NCBI GenBank assembly: GCA_965217185.1
Contig: OZ244252.1
Span: 64,001 to 128,000 of the forward strand
Length of the DNA: 64,000 nucleotides
Source: an uncultured Candidatus Entotheonella sp.
Lineage (GTDB): Bacteria > Tectomicrobia > Entotheonellia > Entotheonellales > Entotheonellaceae
Direction: 5' to 3'
Part shown: piece by piece, positions 62,315-64,000 of the stretch
Layout of the letters: each line of letters begins with the position of its first letter
Position numbering within the stretch: position 1 is the stretch's first letter
The notes under the pieces: generated by a model
The model's database searches: none
What the model saw: only the letters and a program-made list of their open reading frames with translations
Told to the model about the DNA's origin: nothing
Made by a program: the position numbers and the translations under genes

Positions 62315-64000
62315 ATGGCCCTCCACCCCGACTTCCCCGATTCTCCGCACGCGATTCTTGCCCCGGGCCTGCGTTGGTTTCCGGCAGATGAGGCGCTGCG
62401 CGAGACCGGTGTCGAAAAGCTGATGCCACCCCTTGTGGCCAAAATTCGCTGCAAGGTGAAGGAATTCCGGGACGCCGGATACGCTGGCGCAAGCCCGACC
62501 AGCCGGAGTTTGCTTAACTGGTGGTTTAGGGAGCCCCACCTGATGCCGCAAGCCGACGGCAGCATGGCCGAGTTCCGCTATTTTTTCGCCCAACAGGAAG
62601 CGGTCGAAACGATTGTGTATCTCTATGACGCGGCCCGTGTGAAGGACAAGTACGACCTGATGCGTTTTGACAGCACCGGGGCGGTTTCTGCGGGGATGTT
62701 CGACGAGACGTGGCGGCGTTTTGTGGTGAAGATGGCCACGGGCAGCGGCAAGACGAAGGTGTTGAGCCTGGTGTTGGCATGGAGCTATTTTCACAAGCTC
62801 TACGAGGCGGATTCCGAACTGGCGCGCAATTTTCTCGTCATTACGCCGAACATCATCGTCCTCGATCGCATCTACAAGGATTTCCAGGGCCTGCGGATTT
62901 TCTTTGCGGACCCTGTCGTTCCAGACAACGGATTTGACGGCCGCAACTGGCGGGACGATTTTCAGCTTAACCTGCACGTGCAGGACGAGGTGCGCGTAAC
63001 GGTGCCCACGGGCAATATCTTTCTGACGAATATCCACCGCGTATATGCGGGTAACGACGTTCCACCCTCAGCCGACGACGACAACACCATGGATTACTTT
63101 CTGGGCAAACGTCCAACGGGCGGGACGACCGACTCGAAAGTAGACCTGGGCATGATTGTGCGGGACATCGACGAGCTTGTGGTCTTGAACGACGAGGCGC
63201 ATCACATTCACGACAAGAGTTTGGCGTGGTTCAAATCGATCGAAGATATTCACAACCGGTTGTTGCAGAAAGGCGGTTCGCTAAGCCTGCAGGTCGACGT
63301 GACGGCCACGCCGAAGCACAACAACGGAGCGATTTTCGTGCAGACGGTCTCGGACTATCCGCTTGTTGAAGCCATATCGCAGAACGTCGTCAAGCATCCG
63401 GTGCTGCCGGATGCCCCGAGTCGGGCCAAGCTGGTCGAACGCCAAAGCTCAAAATACACCGAGAAATACTCGGATTACATTGACCTGGGCGTGATCGAAT
63501 GGCGCAAGGCATACGCCGAGCACGAAAAGCTCGGCAAGAAATCCATCCTCTTTGTCATGACCGACGACACCAGGAACTGCGACGAGGTCGCCGAGTATCT
63601 GGCGGGCCGGTATCCCGATCTTAAGGATGCGGTCCTGGTCATTCATACCAAGAACAACGGCGAAATCTCCGAGGCAGTCTCCGGAAAGAAAAAGGAAGAG
63701 TTGGAACGACTACGCAAGCAGGCCAATAGAATTGATGAGCCGGACAGTCCCTATCAGGCGATTGTTTCGGTCCTCGTGCTTAAAGAAGGCTGGGACGTTC
63801 GGAACGTCACCACGGTTGTCGGCCTGCGCGCGTATTCGGCAAAGAGCAGCATTTTGCCGGAACAGACCTTGGGGCGCGGGCTGCGCAAGATGTATTCCGG
63901 CGAGACGGAGGAAAAAGTCAGTGTTGTCGGAACGGACGCCTTCATGGACTTCGTGGAATCGATCCAGGCTGAGGGCGTGCAACTCGAACACGCGGCAATG
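62315..64000 (+). CDS. res: Type III R-M restriction subunit (Res, SF2 helicase), runs off the window
   Basis: Absent from the ORF track (no stop in window). Read manually: MALHPDFP..., KMATGSGKT, NDEAHH, TATP, EGWDV and EQTLGRGLR, with the checked motifs in frame. Confidence 0.93.
   Translation, partial: MALHPDFPDSPHAILAPGLRWFPADEALRETGVEKLMPPLVAKIRCKVKEFRDAGYAGASPTSRSLLNWWFREPHLMPQADGSMAEFRYFFAQQEAVETIVYLYDAARVKDKYDLMRFDSTGAVSAGMFDETWRRFVVKMATGSGKTKVLSLVLAWSYFHKLYEADSELARNFLVITPNIIVLDRIYKDFQGLRIFFADPVVPDNGFDGRNWRDDFQLNLHVQDEVRVTVPTGNIFLTNIHRVYAGNDVPPSADDDNTMDYFLGKRPTGGTTDSKVDLGMIVRDIDELVVLNDEAHHIHDKSLAWFKSIEDIHNRLLQKGGSLSLQVDVTATPKHNNGAIFVQTVSDYPLVEAISQNVVKHPVLPDAPSRAKLVERQSSKYTEKYSDYIDLGVIEWRKAYAEHEKLGKKSILFVMTDDTRNCDEVAEYLAGRYPDLKDAVLVIHTKNNGEISEAVSGKKKEELERLRKQANRIDEPDSPYQAIVSVLVLKEGWDVRNVTTVVGLRAYSAKSSILPEQTLGRGLRKMYSGETEEKVSVVGTDAFMDFVESIQAEGVQLEHAAM

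Noticed and set aside
62267..63991. Minus-strand ORFs at the window end
   Set aside because: Shadows of the plus-strand res gene, which the track missed because it has no stop inside the window

Overview
GC-rich bacterial chromosomal segment. Gene content and style tentatively suggest a Tectomicrobia/Entotheonella-like or similar deltaproteobacteria-like lineage (inference only). Positions 1 to about 53 kb are mostly core and metabolic genes: a 2-oxoacid dehydrogenase E1a/E1b/E2 operon, purA, mtaB, thrB/thrC/asd, tpiA-secG-tRNA-Leu, ino1, RNase E/G, a PQQ dehydrogenase, an aldehyde:ferredoxin oxidoreductase, a LysM-rich lytic transglycosylase and a NifA-like sigma-54 activator. The strongest hidden signal is a rhodanese-MoeB/ThiF (E1-like) gene that the ORF track splits in two. 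It has an in-frame TGA exactly at the conserved Cys position (PS*SEAG versus PSCxEAG) followed by a SECIS-like hairpin, so it is a probable selenoprotein. An atypical long ubiquitin-like protein ending in -VGG follows the AOR gene and is a candidate partner. From about 53.3 kb the window becomes a compositionally mosaic defence island: a GHKL-ATPase/PD-(D/E)xK nuclease fusion (frameshifted in an A7 run), a DUF6602-like nuclease, and a type III R-M operon whose mod is frameshifted and which carries an ABC-type ATPase plus PIN-like gene pair between mod and res (an architecture analogous to PrrC). No CRISPR array, rRNA or integrase was seen. All family assignments come from motif recognition by eye, not from database searches.
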